From the NCBI GenBank assembly GCA_023213395.1, contig CM041465.1, positions 182,907,741 to 182,971,740 of the forward strand: 64,000 nt of DNA, written 5' to 3'. Source of the stretch: Cycas panzhihuaensis. Taxonomy: Eukaryota; Plantae; Cycadophyta. How positions within the stretch are numbered: the first letter of the stretch is position 1; every line of letters starts with the position of its first letter. The position numbers were made by a program, and so were the translations under genes. The notes below the pieces were generated by a model, which saw only the letters and a program-made list of their open reading frames with translations, made no database searches and had not been told where the DNA came from. This document shows positions 49,401 to 63,496 of the stretch, in pieces.

Positions 49401-51597
49401 GGCCATTATTTTTCATGTCTAGAATATAACAAAATTCTTTTCATCAAATACAGTGCTTCGTCCCTTTTTCTTGAGTTGGGAGATAGACAAAAGGTTCATT
49501 TTTAAACCAAGTACAAAAAGTACATTTTCAATTTTCTCGACCTTGTCTTTTATTTAAATGGCAATGGTTCCAACTCCTTTGATCTCAAGGGAGTATTTGT
49601 CTCCTAATTCCACGGATTTGTCAGAAGTATATGGCCACAGACTTTCCAACCATTCTTCTTGACAGGTCATATGGCGAAAGGCTCCTAAGTCGATGTACCA
49701 TACATCTTTGTCTTGGAGGCTTGCTGCTAGGACGACGATGAAAGCTATTTCCTCTTCTTCATCATCATATCACCGAATTGTTCCCTACTATAGTTACCCA
49801 TGGGTCATTTCCCTCTTTGGATATTTGCCTTCTTGCATTGGTATGGGAAATGTCCTGATTGGCCACAATGATAACAGACATCAAATGCTTTACGGGAACT
49901 AGCAAAATGATCAGTCTTACCGCAATTGTAGAAAATCCTTGGAGTAATGCTGCGGCCTCTCCCTCTTGCATCTTGCCAATGACCTTATGATGAAGCACGA
50001 CCTTCAAGAGTTCTTCCTCTTCCTCTGTTACATCCTCTGAAACCCAAGTTCAATCTAGAGGCAAAAACATCTTCTAGTTCACCTGCATCCTCATATCTCT
50101 TGTTCCTCTGCTCCTGTCTTAGCAACAACCCTGTTAGTATCCATTGTCATTGTTGTTATTTGATCAATATTATTGATGGTGTTTACCGTTACATCGAATG
50201 ATTTATGTAATTTACTGACCATAAGTTCCACCAACTCTTGATCAGTGAGTGGAGCATCCGCATTCGAAAGGTTATTCCTTAGTGAAGCTATCTTATGCAA
50301 GAAAAAAATAACTATTTCAGACTCCGTAATATGAAGTTTGAACAGTTCTTCCTTCATGGCTATTATCCTGGCCAGGTTCTTTTGCCCATAAGTTTGCTAG
50401 ATACTTCCAAATGCTTTCAGAGGAGTGCAGGTTTTCAACATAGATAAGAAGTGAATCTGAAATAGATAATTTTAAAATTATAACCCCTTGTACTATCCTG
50501 ATCTTCCCAATTGGTTTGCTCAGGTCCAACATCTTTTGGTTTGGTTTCGGCTCTTGTTGCAATTCTCTAGGCATTTTTGGTTCTAAGGAGGGTCTCTATC
50601 TTAATTTTCTAAATATGATAGTTAATATCAGTAAGCTTGTCATTTTCAGACAGAGTTAGGATAGAGGAAGCCATTTCTAAGGACAGAAGAGTGTTCTGGG
50701 AGCCCTAGGTTGTATAATGGTACGAATTTCCGTACAGTACCCAAACTATACAGATGGGGGCAAGACCTATCTCAAAAGAAAGCTCTTGAAGAGTAGATCA
50801 GAGATCTGTAATTACTTTTCTGAGGTAGCTTCTATCTTAAGAGAAATCTGGCCCAAAATCTCTAGATGGGCAGCTAGGGTTTTTACAAATATGAAAAAAA
50901 ACTTTGCAAATCTTTGAGAAATCTCTTCACAAAAGCATTCAAAAGATCTGTATACTCGAAACAAAGAGTTTTGGTTTGATGTTACCCAAAGATTTGCTCA
51001 GATTTGAGAAAAAATCTTCAAAAATCCTTGTAAACGTGCGCGGCTAGTATATGGGTTAAAACCCCCTCAAAATGAACTCGGATCACTTCGTGATAGAAGA
51101 GAAAGGTGAAGAGGATGTCAAGATCTACAATCTGGGTGAGTTTCGTTGAAATCTGAGAACTTGACTTTTTCAAGTCCGTACAACCATACGGTTCTATACA
51201 GTCACCTCTGTACTTGCTTAATGCTTTAATTTTGCTTTGCTTGGTCTTCTTGCCTCCTCCTTTTATTTTTCTAGATGTCTACTTTTTTCTTTGCTTCAAC
51301 TTCATTTGAAGACCTTGTCTTTCTTCTTCACAGCTTGTCTAAGATTATACTTGTCTCTCTTACTTGATTTTGTAGAGACACTCTCTTAATCAGGCAGAAT
51401 AACCTACTCTGATACCATGTCAAAATGCTAAACAAAAGATAGATGAAGAATGTTTGATGATTAACATTGAGAGCTCAAGTGAATAAATACAATTAGGGTT
51501 TGTAACCGACTTGTAACCGAAATACCTCTAAATGACACGTGTCTATCGGTTACATATTTGAATATCTACTCTATGACATAAGATAAAACATTACATT
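46472..51597 (-). mobile_element. Element D: compact Ty1/copia retrotransposon with short LTRs
   Basis: LTRs 46472-46657 and 51418-51597 (~13 mismatches in 180 nt; outer 6 nt and TSD lost on the right). PBS rc ACTCTGATACCA 51406-51417. PPT rc CCCTCTCTTAA 46658-46668. Confidence 0.95.
46675..50674 (-). pseudogene. Element D gag-pol polyprotein (disrupted)
   Basis: MASSILTLSENDKL; PR WYID; MWHLKYGHL; INT LRSDGGGEY; RT LYGLKKALRAWY, YVDDM and YRQLIGSLIYL; RH DILTKPL. Confidence 0.93.
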
Positions 51598-51636
51598 ATC
51601 AAAATTTTGGTTTATCTTCTTCCCCCCCACTCTGTC

Positions 51637-52740
51637 TTAATGCTACTCCTACTGCTTGGGACCTACTTCTGCCTCATCTGCCTTCAAGATTTCTTCGTTA
51701 ATTTGAGTAAAGATAGGTATAATGTCATCTTTCGCTTTTATCTTTTCTTGTAGGGCAGTTATCTCTACCTTATATCCTGCTTCTAGCTCCTTGATCATAT
51801 GGATAATCTATTGAGTTTTCCCTTCTACCTAGGTTGACTAAGAGGATGTTTCCTCCATCTCCATTCTAGGAGGAAATTTTGCTCATTCTTCTAATGAAGA
51901 TTCTATTTTGACCTCTTCCTCTTTCTCCTCTATATCTTGTCTCCTTTTGATATTCCTATGTACCATCTATTTGGAACAATGTGGAATAGAGGCATCAGGT
52001 ATTTGTTGTAGCCACTTCAAAATTTTTGTCGTCTCCTTCTTCACCCTTCTCTTTATCTCCATGTCTTGGGTGTTCTATGAAAAAGCATCCACCCATTGCT
52101 TGATTAATGGTTCATGTGGGTGAATAAGTGTTCGAGGAGGTTGTACTGTCAGACACTAATGAATCAATATTGTGAGTAACAAGGAGGGATGTTTGAAAGG
52201 GTGTGTTATCACCTCTCCTATCTGCTTTGTCATGCTCATTGCCAAAAAATTTGACCGATTCAGTCGTTCTTCATCACGTATTTTTCGTAATATCGACATC
52301 ATTCCCCCTAGAATGTATGTATATTTTCTTTTGGACAGGAATCAAGTGTATATGATTTTTTCCAGCCACTGCAACCTCATGTCCTTAATATCCACAATCT
52401 GCATTCCTCCCAATAGAATTTGGGTATTTTCCTAGCAATACTCCCTCAACCAAGTCTCGCAGTCTGCTTCTGAGTGTTTAGTAGAAGATGGGACCTCCCC
52501 CTCCTTGGGAAACCCTATAATCTCATGAATAATATCTATATCAAGCTTAATTCGTTTGATATCTCTCTTTAACTCCACTAGTATATGTTCCATTAGCTCT
52601 GGGTCCCAATACAATGGACTCAAGTACATATATTCTCCCCATTCCACTTGCTTAACTTTTACTTTAAACGCAACAGGTGATCCTTTCAATTCCCATCTCA
52701 CCTTGTGTAGAAATGTCTCTTGGCACTCTATTGTCTTCAT
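51637..52740 (-). pseudogene. Extra ORF downstream of gypsy pol (env-like/accessory), 368 codons with point-mutation stops
   Basis: One frame without net frameshift from MKTIECQ to ...INEEILKADEAEVGPKQ*E*H*. Contains PELMEHILVELKRDIKRIKLDIDIIHEIIGFPKEG and a charged, coiled-coil-like C-terminus. Confidence 0.7.
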
Positions 52741-53162
52741 TCTGGACAAAAAATGGAAAAAATGAAGCAATACAAGCACTTACATGGAGAATGAGTATGA
52801 AAACCCCGAATGCGTGCCATTTTGGAATGTATGGCTTCCCTCCATTGAAATGCTGGTCTTTGTCTTTAGAAAAGCTCCCACTTGCTTCCTCAGATATCTC
52901 TTCTATTGAAATGGTACTTGATTAGAGAATTTAACACGTATAATCTTTGTTTTTCACTATGCATACTACGTGGAAATGCTTATAGGTATGTATAGTATAT
53001 TCGAACACTTTACGTTCTTTATTCATTGCATACTCGATAGCATATGTTTTTGGTATGTATAGTGTATTTCGACATTTTTTATATTTTTACTTTTTGCCCC
53101 CAATAGTGTACGTTTTTTGTCCATATAGTGTATTCTGCACACACGTATTCAAATTTTTGGCA

Positions 53163-53164
<2 letters not shown>

Positions 53165-53218
<54 letters not shown>
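53165..53218. repeat. (TA)n microsatellite
   Basis: Direct reading. Confidence 0.97.
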
Positions 53219-53221
<3 letters not shown>

Positions 53222-53410
53222 TTTTTATCATATTGCTCAAGTGTATGATATGAGTTATAGTTAATTTTTCTATTTTTTTAATTTTTTGTATTTTGCATTT
53301 ACATATCAAACAAGAATTATGTTCCGACATCGAGACAACCTTGATTGTCTCCAACTCCAAGCAATGTGTTATGGTACAACTAGTTGATTCTTCTGGTGGG
53401 TTGATACACC

Positions 53411-55040
53411 CTAGCTGTAATAGGGTTTCATCCAATTGTCGTTGACCAATGTTGGTAGCTGGGGTCCATCTATTTCACGTAGCATTACTAATCCATTCTC
53501 AAAGATCTTCTTAGCGATGTATGGGCATAACCATCGCATCTTTAGTTTTCCCGTGTGTGTCTAAAATTTGCTATTGTTAAGCAACACTAGGACACCTTCC
53601 TAGAATTGTGGTGACCTCAAATGGCAGTTGTGCCATGCTTTTTGCCTTGTCTTTTTCACGTTTTACAACCAGTTTGCCATATATCTTGTTTTGTACAATA
53701 GTAGTAACTGCTTAAGGCATTCTCGTAAAGAATGAAAATTATCGAGTTGACATTGCATGGCAATACTCAAACTAGGAATCTTGAATTCTATTAGAAGAAT
53801 GGCTTCAATTCCATATACCAATCAGAATGGTGTTTGTCCAGTTGCTCTCTTATATGTTGTCATAAATACCCATAACACTAACAATAACTTTTCTTCCTAG
53901 TTAGATCTACCCATGTCCCATATCTTTCAAAGGCAATTCCCAATAATCTTGTTGGAACTTTCAACTTATCCATTAGTTCGACGATAGTACGGTGTTGATT
54001 TCCGATGGCTAATCATAAGCGTAGATATCAGAACTTCTATAGTTTGATTTACGAAGTGTGCTCCTTGGTCACTCACAATCTCCAACTGACATTCATAGCG
54101 AGTTATGATCACTTTGTATAAGAATCATGTTGTGCTTTCCAAATCTACCTTCTATAATGGATGCACTTCCACCCATTTTGTCATGTAATCAATTGCCAAT
54201 AAGATATAACGGCCTTGAGATCATCGGATGGCTCGCTTGATAGGCCATATGAAATCAAATCCCCATTTTTCAAATGGTGCAAGTGGCAAGATTAGTTTAA
54301 GAGGTTAATAGTCTTGTTGACTTGGCTTCCCCACTCTTTGGCAATAATTACACTTTTGAATCCATTTCTTCACGTCTTCAAACATTGTGGGCCACCAAAA
54401 ACCAACTGATAACACTTTTCTCCAAGTGGCCATTTCCCCATGTGACCTCCTACTATTCCTTTATGCACTTGGGCCATGATTTGTTTGGTCTTATGTGGCC
54501 TAACATAATGGTGAAGTACTTCATTTGGCCCAAGTCGATACAACTCCCCCTAAATCAGCTAATATAGTTCCACTTTGCAAACAATTTTTTTGTGCTTAGT
54601 CTTGTTTATTTCGGGTGGTCATTCCCTTGTTACTAGATACTTTGGAATCCCTTTGTACCATTCAGTCGAAACTGCATCTATGCTAAACAATGTTGTGTTT
54701 GGGAAATCATCAGATACTCTTGTAACTTCTTCCCCATTATTAATTCTCAAGAGTTGGTCAGGTATCACCTGTGCTTTTCTAGGTTTGACCATTATTTTGA
54801 AGGTAAACCCCTAAAACAACATGAGGCATCTACTAATCTGCCCTCTCTTTATAAGTTTGTTCACTAGATACATTAAGGCTTAGTGATCCACAAAGAACTT
54901 AAATGGATTAGACAATAGATGGTGTTGGAATTTTTGCAATGCATACACCATCCCAAGCCCTTCTCGTTTAGTTGTGGTATAATTCTATTCGACTCTTGTC
55001 AACTTCCAACTTGCAAAGTAGAAAGGGTGATCCACCTTGT
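53411..55040 (-). pseudogene. Ty3/gypsy RNase H + integrase (disrupted)
   Basis: FKFFVDH*AL, PDQLLRI, PFEKWGFDFI, IVSDQGAHF, GKLKMRWLCPY...MKPYYS*. Confidence 0.88.
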
Positions 55041-55700
55041 TGTCATTGGGTTTGTATGTATGTGTGTCCTTGCTGACATCATCAGATCTGGGTGCGGTTG
55101 GGTCTATTGTGGGTACATGTACCATGCATACCTATCTACACATGTACCATTCGGGTATGTATCTTGAAATGCATACCTCAAGAGTCCTTTTCCTGGATGT
55201 TTGCCTTGATTTTCGTCATGCATACCTTTGAATAGTCTACCGGTTGTGCGTACCTGCATTCCCCATGTCAGTACAAGCATACATTCTTAAAATAACCCCA
55301 AAATCCTGTATGTTATGGCACAACCACCACCTACATGCACCACAATTTAAGGGAGGTGACCAAGTACTCCTTTACGACAACAAGTTTTGCATGTGCCCTA
55401 GCAAACTAAAAATGAGATGCTTGGGGCCATACACAATTGAAAAAATATTCCAAAATGGATCGGTGCAATCGAAAGAGCTAGATGGACCGCTGCTACCAAA
55501 GTTAGTTAATGGTAGTAGACTAAAGCCCTATCACAATTAGGGTAATCAAGTTTCCCGGAGGAGTCAACCTGGTGTAACATAGCATGTTGATGTTGCATTG
55601 CTCAAGTTGGGGACAATTGTGGTTGTCCCAGTATTATGAGTTTTGATTCCACCCTAATACATAAATACACAAATATAGAAAAGAAAGTAAAAAACCATAA
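55041..55700 (+). mobile_element. Rearranged gypsy fragments: LTR piece (55041-55290) joined to an inverted integrase C-terminus (GPY/F) and downstream spacer
   Basis: 55050-55290 matches 46130-46430. WHNHHLHAPQFKGGDQVLLYDNK..KLKMRCLGPY..VNGSRLKPYHN* reads on the + strand. Confidence 0.8.
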
Positions 55701-58700
55701 TTCCCTAACATTTATCTAAACAACACTAATAATTGGATATAGTGACTGATGATGAGTTAATTCAGAGCCAAAATTGACAGGACAAGACATCCCAATGTAG
55801 CCAAGACACCATTATAGAGAAATAAGCAACCATTCCAAGGATTGTGAATAATCGTTCCATAGAAAGGTGTAACAAGAAAAAATAACAAAGCATTCTAAAG
55901 TGATAGGCAACCATTTCGAACATGTTCAACCATTGTTCTCAACATAATTCTTGCACGAGAATAGCTCGAGGAACAATTTAGTGCAAAAACAAGAATAAAA
56001 TCAATATAAATGAGAAAATTAAGGATTATTTTACCATTCAAGCATTCCTGAATTTAAGCGATTTCCAAGACAAGGGTTTTCCACCAATTTTCGAATAGAA
56101 ATTCTCAATATCTAACCCATAATGAGAATGCCCTAATAGATTGAAACCATCCAAACAATTCCAAGCATCTAAATGAATGACATGGCAAATGGCTTGCATT
56201 CCAACTATAGCCCTCAACAAGCATTCCTCACTATTCCTTGCCAAAACTAGGCATTTCAATTGTTTGGTAAGCATTCTTGTAGCCATTTTCGTTGTTTCAA
56301 GTGTGTCGTTCAGGAATAAATATATAAGAATACCAATGGAATTATTAGAGCCCTATTTACCCTAATCATGGGAAGATTTTACACATATGACAGATGATTT
56401 CAAAGAAGCCATCATCAAGGCAAGTTGGAGGAGATATGTATTATGGCCATCATTTTATTGGGATAAATGGTTAATGGAAACCATAGTAAGGTGGGTGGCT
56501 TGAGATTCAAATCAAGTAGAGATCTCAACCGATTTGATATGGAGATTAATAGAATTACCCTGAAATGAGAAAATACTATGGGGGGATAGGAGAAATAAAA
56601 TGGATTGTGACTTAATAGTTCCAACAATTTGCATACTAATTGCACAACAATATTCAAGAGGCACCAAAATTGACAATTTAAGGGATCATGAGCTTTGATC
56701 AATAGCCAAAATCTTGGTTAAGAAAAAATATACATGTTGCCCTAGAGGAATGTTATCGACCATGCAAGAAGGTTAGGAGGGAATAATACTAAATTGGAGT
56801 GAAGTTTTGGCTCAATCCATCATAAAATAACTTCAGGAACTTCATGGGGAAAAGTTAGTTTTCAAACATGCCTCACCGTTGTTGGGTTTTCTCTTCACCC
56901 AAATACCAACAACAGGATCACCATAGGAATAGATTGAGGAAAATTAGGCATTGATGCAATAGTGGACTCGTGCATTTCTACATGATATAGAGTCAGAAGA
57001 AATGAAACAATAGGTAAATGCAACCATGAAGCATATCATAGAATGATTCTAAGGCAATGTATTAGAACCATATCATCGTAAGCCAAAGAAGAATGCCTTA
57101 GTTGAAGATGGGGCATCAATGTGCCATAGTTGAAGATGACATTCACAGTCATATAACATTCACTATCAAAACATTAACAAGCATAGTATCCACAAGAGAA
57201 GAGAGGGGATTAGAGACAAAAGAACATACATATGAGAAACAATGACATCTTTTATTAATGGAAGAAACTACATGGTCGACTAGGCCAACCTCGAGTTAGT
57301 ACATTAACCTTTTCCCAACAATCCCTCACAATGCACTTACATACCTCACAAAATGCCTCTCTTATGTAGTCTATTTATACATTGTGTTGGGTGGTTCAAC
57401 TACCCAACTAATCCTCAACTAACCCTTTCGTTAATGCCCTTTTTTTACATTAATTAACACTTGCATTAATACAAGTACCAATAACTCCTTTCTAATGTAT
57501 TACTAATAACCCATTTTACATTAATGTGTTGGTCAAAGACCTTTTATAGGCCAACAAATGTTCCAAGCTTTAGTCAACATATTGAGAAATGAATTAGATC
57601 ACATCTCAGTCATATAATCCAACCATAGTATAGAAGTCCTTTGTCACAAATATAATTTGGTGATGCACACCTTTATATCTCAAAAGTAGGGTTTCAAATA
57701 TAGAATTAAACATAATAGTGTAAAACTATTTTTATACATAAATGTAGAGGTTTAGGGGACAAACATAATCATCAAATTTGAACCATGTAGTTATTAGATA
57801 AATCATATTGCATGCATAGATTTCTTGTCATGGATTCCTTTTCTATTTCATGTCAAAAAACAGGGTTTCAATTTGCCAATCACCTACTAGTTGTATAGTC
57901 TATATATACAATCATATGACCTACATATACATATCATACAACATGCACATGCAACCATACGATTTGTAATCTAACCCAATGTATAATTGCCATAAATGAT
58001 AGTCGTATAAACCTACTAGACAATTATACAACCTATTATTATGATGACTTTACGGTGCCATTATGAGGCTATATGGTCTATTGTACCTACAATGTATGAT
58101 TCTAAAGGATAGTTGTACAATTTGCCATAAATGTAGTCGTATCAAGCTACCTCATAATTATAGACTTCAGAATTTTAAAATAGCTTTTGACATAAAATTT
58201 TTAAAATAAAAATAAGCCCTATTTGTGAATGATTTCCAAAAATAAAGTAATCAAACTTTTTTTGGGGCAAAATCATGGAGCTATTTACCTCTTGTATTTT
58301 TTGTTGATATACTTACCTTTCCATTATGTTCACCTTGTTTGAATGGTTGACTTGTCTTTATGGCTTCCATAACTTTCATGGCTTTATGGATTTCATGACT
58401 CAATGGCTTCCTTGGCTTTATGGCTATTATGGCTCCATGGCTTCCATAGATTCCATGGTGTTTCATAGACAAAGATGCCCTCTAGGGTTTTCACAAGCTC
58501 CTTCATGGCTTTCATGGCACCTCTAGGGTTTGGACATGCTTCTTCATAGCCCCCAAATATTGCCTCCTAAAGATCTTCTCATCACTTATAAATAGGAGAA
58601 TATTTTCTTCTAATTCGATGCACAATAGTATAATCCACCTCTTTAAAAGAGTGTATAAGAAGATTCCATCTCAATATCCATGCACCATATCCATAGCCCA

Positions 58701-59199
58701 CTCTTAGTAAAATAATCCACATAGAAGATTATGTGAGAAGATTCCTTCTCAATACCCATCTAGTCCTTTGCATTATAGCTTTGAGGAATTTTCAATCTTA
58801 GAAAATTTACTTCCAAATTAATTTAATGGCTAATTTATGCTATGTACCCAATTAGGGGTGCATGGCATACTTTGGATTAATATTTATGTCAAGCTTGGAT
58901 TATGTATCATTAGAAGAGGGTAATTATAGATAATGTGTGTAAAAGCGTGTGTTGACTTGTGGTACACTCTAAGACAATTAAATAATGTTGCTTTTATTAT
59001 GTGGACCTAAGGAAATGTAGGTTTTATTATATAGGCTATAAAATAAGGGGGAGGGGGGAAGTTGAATTTAGTATATATATCTCTCAAGTCTCATTGTAAA
59101 ATCATCTTTTGTGAATTATTCTCTTTGAGGATTCTTCCTCATCTATGCTTCTCTTCTACCACTTGTAACAAATTCTAAGTGGTTTATTATGTAAAAACT

Positions 59200-60063
59200 T
59201 ATTAATTGCTTCCCAATACCCCTAAGCACTTATGTCAAGGCCCACTTCCGTGTAGTCTTCCCAAGGATATTTTTAACATGTTGGCTACATACTCATATTA
59301 CTATCAACATATATTCATCCAATATAACTCATGAGACATCAAGCATCGACATAACATCATCATCACAACATTACAATAACCACAATCACACACATGGCAC
59401 AATATTTTCATGTAACTTTGATATCATAAGAAAATACCACCACATAATAGTCTTTTACATTGCTAAAGATCATAACACTTGGCTCCCATACCCGAGAGCA
59501 TACCATACAATTCTCTTACTTGGAACTCACTACCAACAAGGTGACAAATAGACTCTCAAATACAAGATTACATGCCTTTTCATAGGAATAGTTGTATCTT
59601 ATTGTCACAACCATTCTATTTCATAACATGACACCCTTTCATACTAACATGTAATTAACTCTTACACTTTATTATAATAACAACATCTATACATTTATAT
59701 GTGTGAGGCTAACATTATCAATTTAAAGTGTCTTCTTTTAGTTTGTCACATGCATTCCATGCATTCTTCGATATGCATTCCTCTTGCATTCCTAATTGTA
59801 ATGTGTTTCATTTCAAAATGCACCCTGTCATGCATTCCCTAAAAGCACTTTTCTAGCATAGATATTTTGTTTTGGCATGCGTTATTCCATACTAGCATGT
59901 GTTGGATCATTTCCTGCAATCAACCTACCCTATTAGACACGAGTTAGTACATTTTCCACTATTACAGGTGTGTACAAATTAGATTTGCCCCCAACATCTA
60001 TCCTAGGTTCATAAAAAGAGGTTCAACATCCCTTTCCCTCCAAATGAGATTTCAATTGGGACA
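59200..60063 (-). repeat. Diverged LTR of the same gypsy family as 45566 and 61800
   Basis: Shares CCAACATCTATCCTA..AAAA.AGG terminal block and CACTT..GTCAAGG..TAGTCT..AACATG start block; ends GGGACA. Confidence 0.55.
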
Positions 60064-62196
60064 ACCCTTCACTCAGTTCAGTGATAGTTTGGAATTCTTC
60101 CTCTATTGCTTCCCATTCCTATAACAAAGGCTCAAATTCCATCTCTTCTTCTAACATAATTCAACCTCGCTTTAGACTCTTTTCCACTATTTGTTTGGAT
60201 CAGTGTTGAATGGAACTACCAAGTGTTTATTGTAGCCATATTACGATTGTCATCATTTCTTTTTTCACCTCTTCTCTGACCTCCGAATTTTGTGTGTTGG
60301 CCAAAAATGCATTCATCCATTATTTAATTAACAACTCTCCTTATCGTATGACCAGTTGGGGTGGTCAAACTTCTGGACATTGATGCAATAGAATGACTAA
60401 TAGTAATGAGGGATGTCTAAAGGGGTGAACACTTACTTCCTAAAGTTGTTGCCTTATATTGGATGCCAAGAATTCACACCAATTTAGTCGTTCCCAATCA
60501 TGATGTTGTGACCCCTCTAATATAACCAAGGGTTAGTTGTGACCTTGCTTAGCTATAACTCAATTGAGTATACCAACCAAGCCGACACCTATCCACATTA
60601 CTTGAACTGTGGAAGCTTAAATCAGAGTTTTCATGTGTGCATAGTAGAAAACATATGCCCAAAAGATACAAGTAGTTCAAGAGGTTAGAGGTGTCCCTCA
60701 TAGGTGCTCAAAACACATTCCCAATAATAATATTTCAGAAAAGAGAATAAGTGTCAAAGCAATATAATTCACCATTAGGTCATCATTCAAACAAGTTGAT
60801 TGTAAAAGGGACCAACCAAATTACTCAAACAAATTCACCGCCCAACTAATTGAATTATTGAGGAGGAAATTGCCCCCAAGCTGGAGCACATGATATGAAC
60901 ATTAGAGTACTAGTAAGTCACTCAACTCTCAAACCCTTTTCTTACCCCCAAATGACTTTTTTTATCACAAAACTACAAAAAAACACTGCTGTAATATATG
61001 TGAGCTTTCTGTTGTAGTCAACTTACACAACAACATCTGGAAATGCCATACCACATATGGTTCATCACTGAATCAATTTCGTTGGACTCTCTTTGTGTGA
61101 CTCGTGTGTCCTATACCATGTAACACATGACAAATAACCTTACATGTATCATCATTGGCTCTCATCTGAATGAGGTTATGTGTTTCATACCACACAACAC
61201 TCACAAAAATGAGGTTGTGAATCCATACCTTACAAGCATTACTCATGTACAAGAGAATAAGACAAGGAGGGGACTCGCTCAACCCTTGAGGGGACTAATT
61301 CAACCCTCGCAAATTCAGAGAAGAGGGGACTCACTCAACCCAAATTCCATTGAGAGGACTTGCTCAACACTCAGAGAATGGGGATTTGATCAACCTAAAC
61401 CTTATAAGGCAACTGAAATTTAGCACCATCCAAACAACCCAATGAGATTGACGCATCAACGGGCGCACACATTCATGTCACTTACCAAATTTATCCCTTG
61501 CAATGGATGGAGAAAAACCCTAAGACATTCCAATGTGTGTAGATTTATCTATTTTGGGATATTGTCATAAGATATAATTATACTTAACACACTTAAGCCA
61601 ACTTTTGCAAAAATTCAATCATTGAATGTTTATGAAAACCCTACTAAGAGATTTAGTCATCACCCCTTCATCATTCCTACCAACATTAGGCTCAAAGACC
61701 CAACCTGAGTCCCCCAAAAGGTCTTTGGTTTCTCTTTTGTTTCTCACTAACTCTATTATGTGCTTCCAACTCTTTGTTGCTCTATTGAAGGGTGATCATT
61801 GTTGACTTCGCTGGGGGTGCCTTGTTACACTTACGAGATACCCCTTGCTACACTTGTCAAGGTTACATAGCGCTATAGTCTAGTTCCAGGATACTGTCAA
61901 CATGGTCATTCACATACATTCCACATACATTCCATATATAATTCACAGAATGGTACACAGATGCAATCAATACATACTCAGCAAATCATCATCACAACAC
62001 CAAGAATACACCAATTTCCACGTAACTCTTCCTTTTATTAAATCAACAGTTCATTTACACGGTGGAATGCATTCACAGTATTCCAAAGACATCTGATCTT
62101 CTGTTACAATGCGTGCCGGATGGTACTTATCATACGGTGATGCTCCAAATGGGTGCCATGCATCTTGGCTCCTGCACCTTTGCGTGCAGTGATATA

Positions 62197-62329
62197 CGGC
62201 TCTCACCCTCGAGAGTATGTCATGGGATTGAATCACTCGGCTCTCACCCTTGAGCACATGACATGGGAATGAACAACTCGGCTCTCACCCTTGAGCACAT
62301 GACATAGGAATGAACAACTCGGCTCTCAC
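62197..62329. repeat. 41-bp tandem repeat x3.2 inside the gypsy LTR
   Basis: CGGCTCTCAC at 62197, 62238, 62279 and 62320. Confidence 0.93.
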
Positions 62330-63127
62330 ACTGGAATGGTCCTCAAAGCACCATTAAATATGTCCCTTTGATGCCTTTTGGATGAAAGGTTATGACCCAA
62401 AGTCATAACCATACCTTTTTGTCACCAAGGTACCCTTTCACTTTAATCATTAGTTATGCACTTTAACTAATGTCTCTTTAGGTCCGTGTAATAAAATGCG
62501 TGCGTGCGGGAACTTCGGGCCTCCAGTCCCGTCTTGTCGTGCGTCAGCTCGTTCCACTCTTGATGCGTGTCGTGATGCGTGCACTGTTCACGCACCTTTT
62601 GTCATACGTGCCGAATCTTTGGTTTCTTCATTGTTTCGCCTTGTGTGTACCTCCGTGCGGTCTGTACTTGCATTCCTTTGGTCAATACAAGCCTATATTC
62701 CATCTTCCTCAAGGCCTATATGTCACAATATGTCCCAACATCTATCCCGAGCCAACATGATTGGGTTGAGCATCCTTGCTCAACAAAAAATTCAAAATTT
62801 GGGGTATTCCTCCCCCTCTCTGTTTTAAGGCTGCTTCGCTGCTTGGTCGCCATTCTTGGTTAATAAATCCTCATCTATTGGCGCTTTATTTTGTTTGACT
62901 CTCCCTTGATTTTTCGTATGATGATACATCTTTCCTCCATGCTTCACCATATTGCTTGTTTTTATGATATGAGTTACGGTTGTTTTTCTATTTTTTAATT
63001 TTTTTTGTATTTTATGTTACATACCGAATTGAATCGCGTTCTGGTATCAAGGCAATTCGATTTTGCTTCAACTTCATGCAACACGCTATGGTACAACCAA
63101 CTGATTCGGCTGGTAAGTTGCTCCACC

Positions 63128-63496
63128 CTAGTTGATATAGGGTTTCAGTTTACTACCCTTGACCATTTCAGGTAGTAGGCGGCACGATAGTTTCTTCAAC
63201 TGGATAGTGTTGTTCTGGTACACCTTCTCAATCCTATATGGGCCTTTCCAATGCATCTTCAATTCTCCTTGGGTTGTTTGGGATTTGTTGTCGAATCGCC
63301 ATACTCGATCACCCTTCTTGAAATGCGATGTCTTGTCGTGGCGGTCGTGCCTTGTCCTTTTCCGTCTTTTCCTTGGTGTGGTATGCTTTGTCGATTTCTT
63401 CTTATGATCCCTTAATTGATCTTCTCCTAACCAATGTTCTCTACAATGTCTCAAATGGGAAATTCCATATAGTGGTTCTCCATAAAAGGGTTTCAC
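63128..63496 (-). pseudogene. ORF ending in an isolated gypsy integrase GPY/F domain
   Basis: RHDRHDKTSHFKKGDRVWRFDNK..GELKMHWKGPYRIEKVYQNNTIQL..VKGSKLKPY; no DDE core upstream. Confidence 0.75.

Larger units (their letters stand above)
45566..55040 (-). mobile_element. Ty3/gypsy (Athila/Tat-like) element, 3' half: LTR (split by copia D), PPT, extra ORF, integrase, RNase H
   Basis: LTR 45566-46471 plus ~51598-51616 is homologous to the LTRs at ~59200-60063 and 61800-62806. PPT rc TTCTTCCCCCCCACTCTG at 51617-51634. Confidence 0.8.

Noticed and set aside
53079-53435. 118-aa ORF containing YIYIYI
   Set aside because: Artefact of the (TA)n microsatellite.
57120-57556. Solo LTR
   Set aside because: It has an rc TATA box and a CCAACA end, but no clear start or 5-bp TSD, so it was not called.
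59200-60063. 5' LTR partner of the LTR at 45566
   Set aside because: Too diverged, TSD match ambiguous, and no PBS or gag seen next to it.
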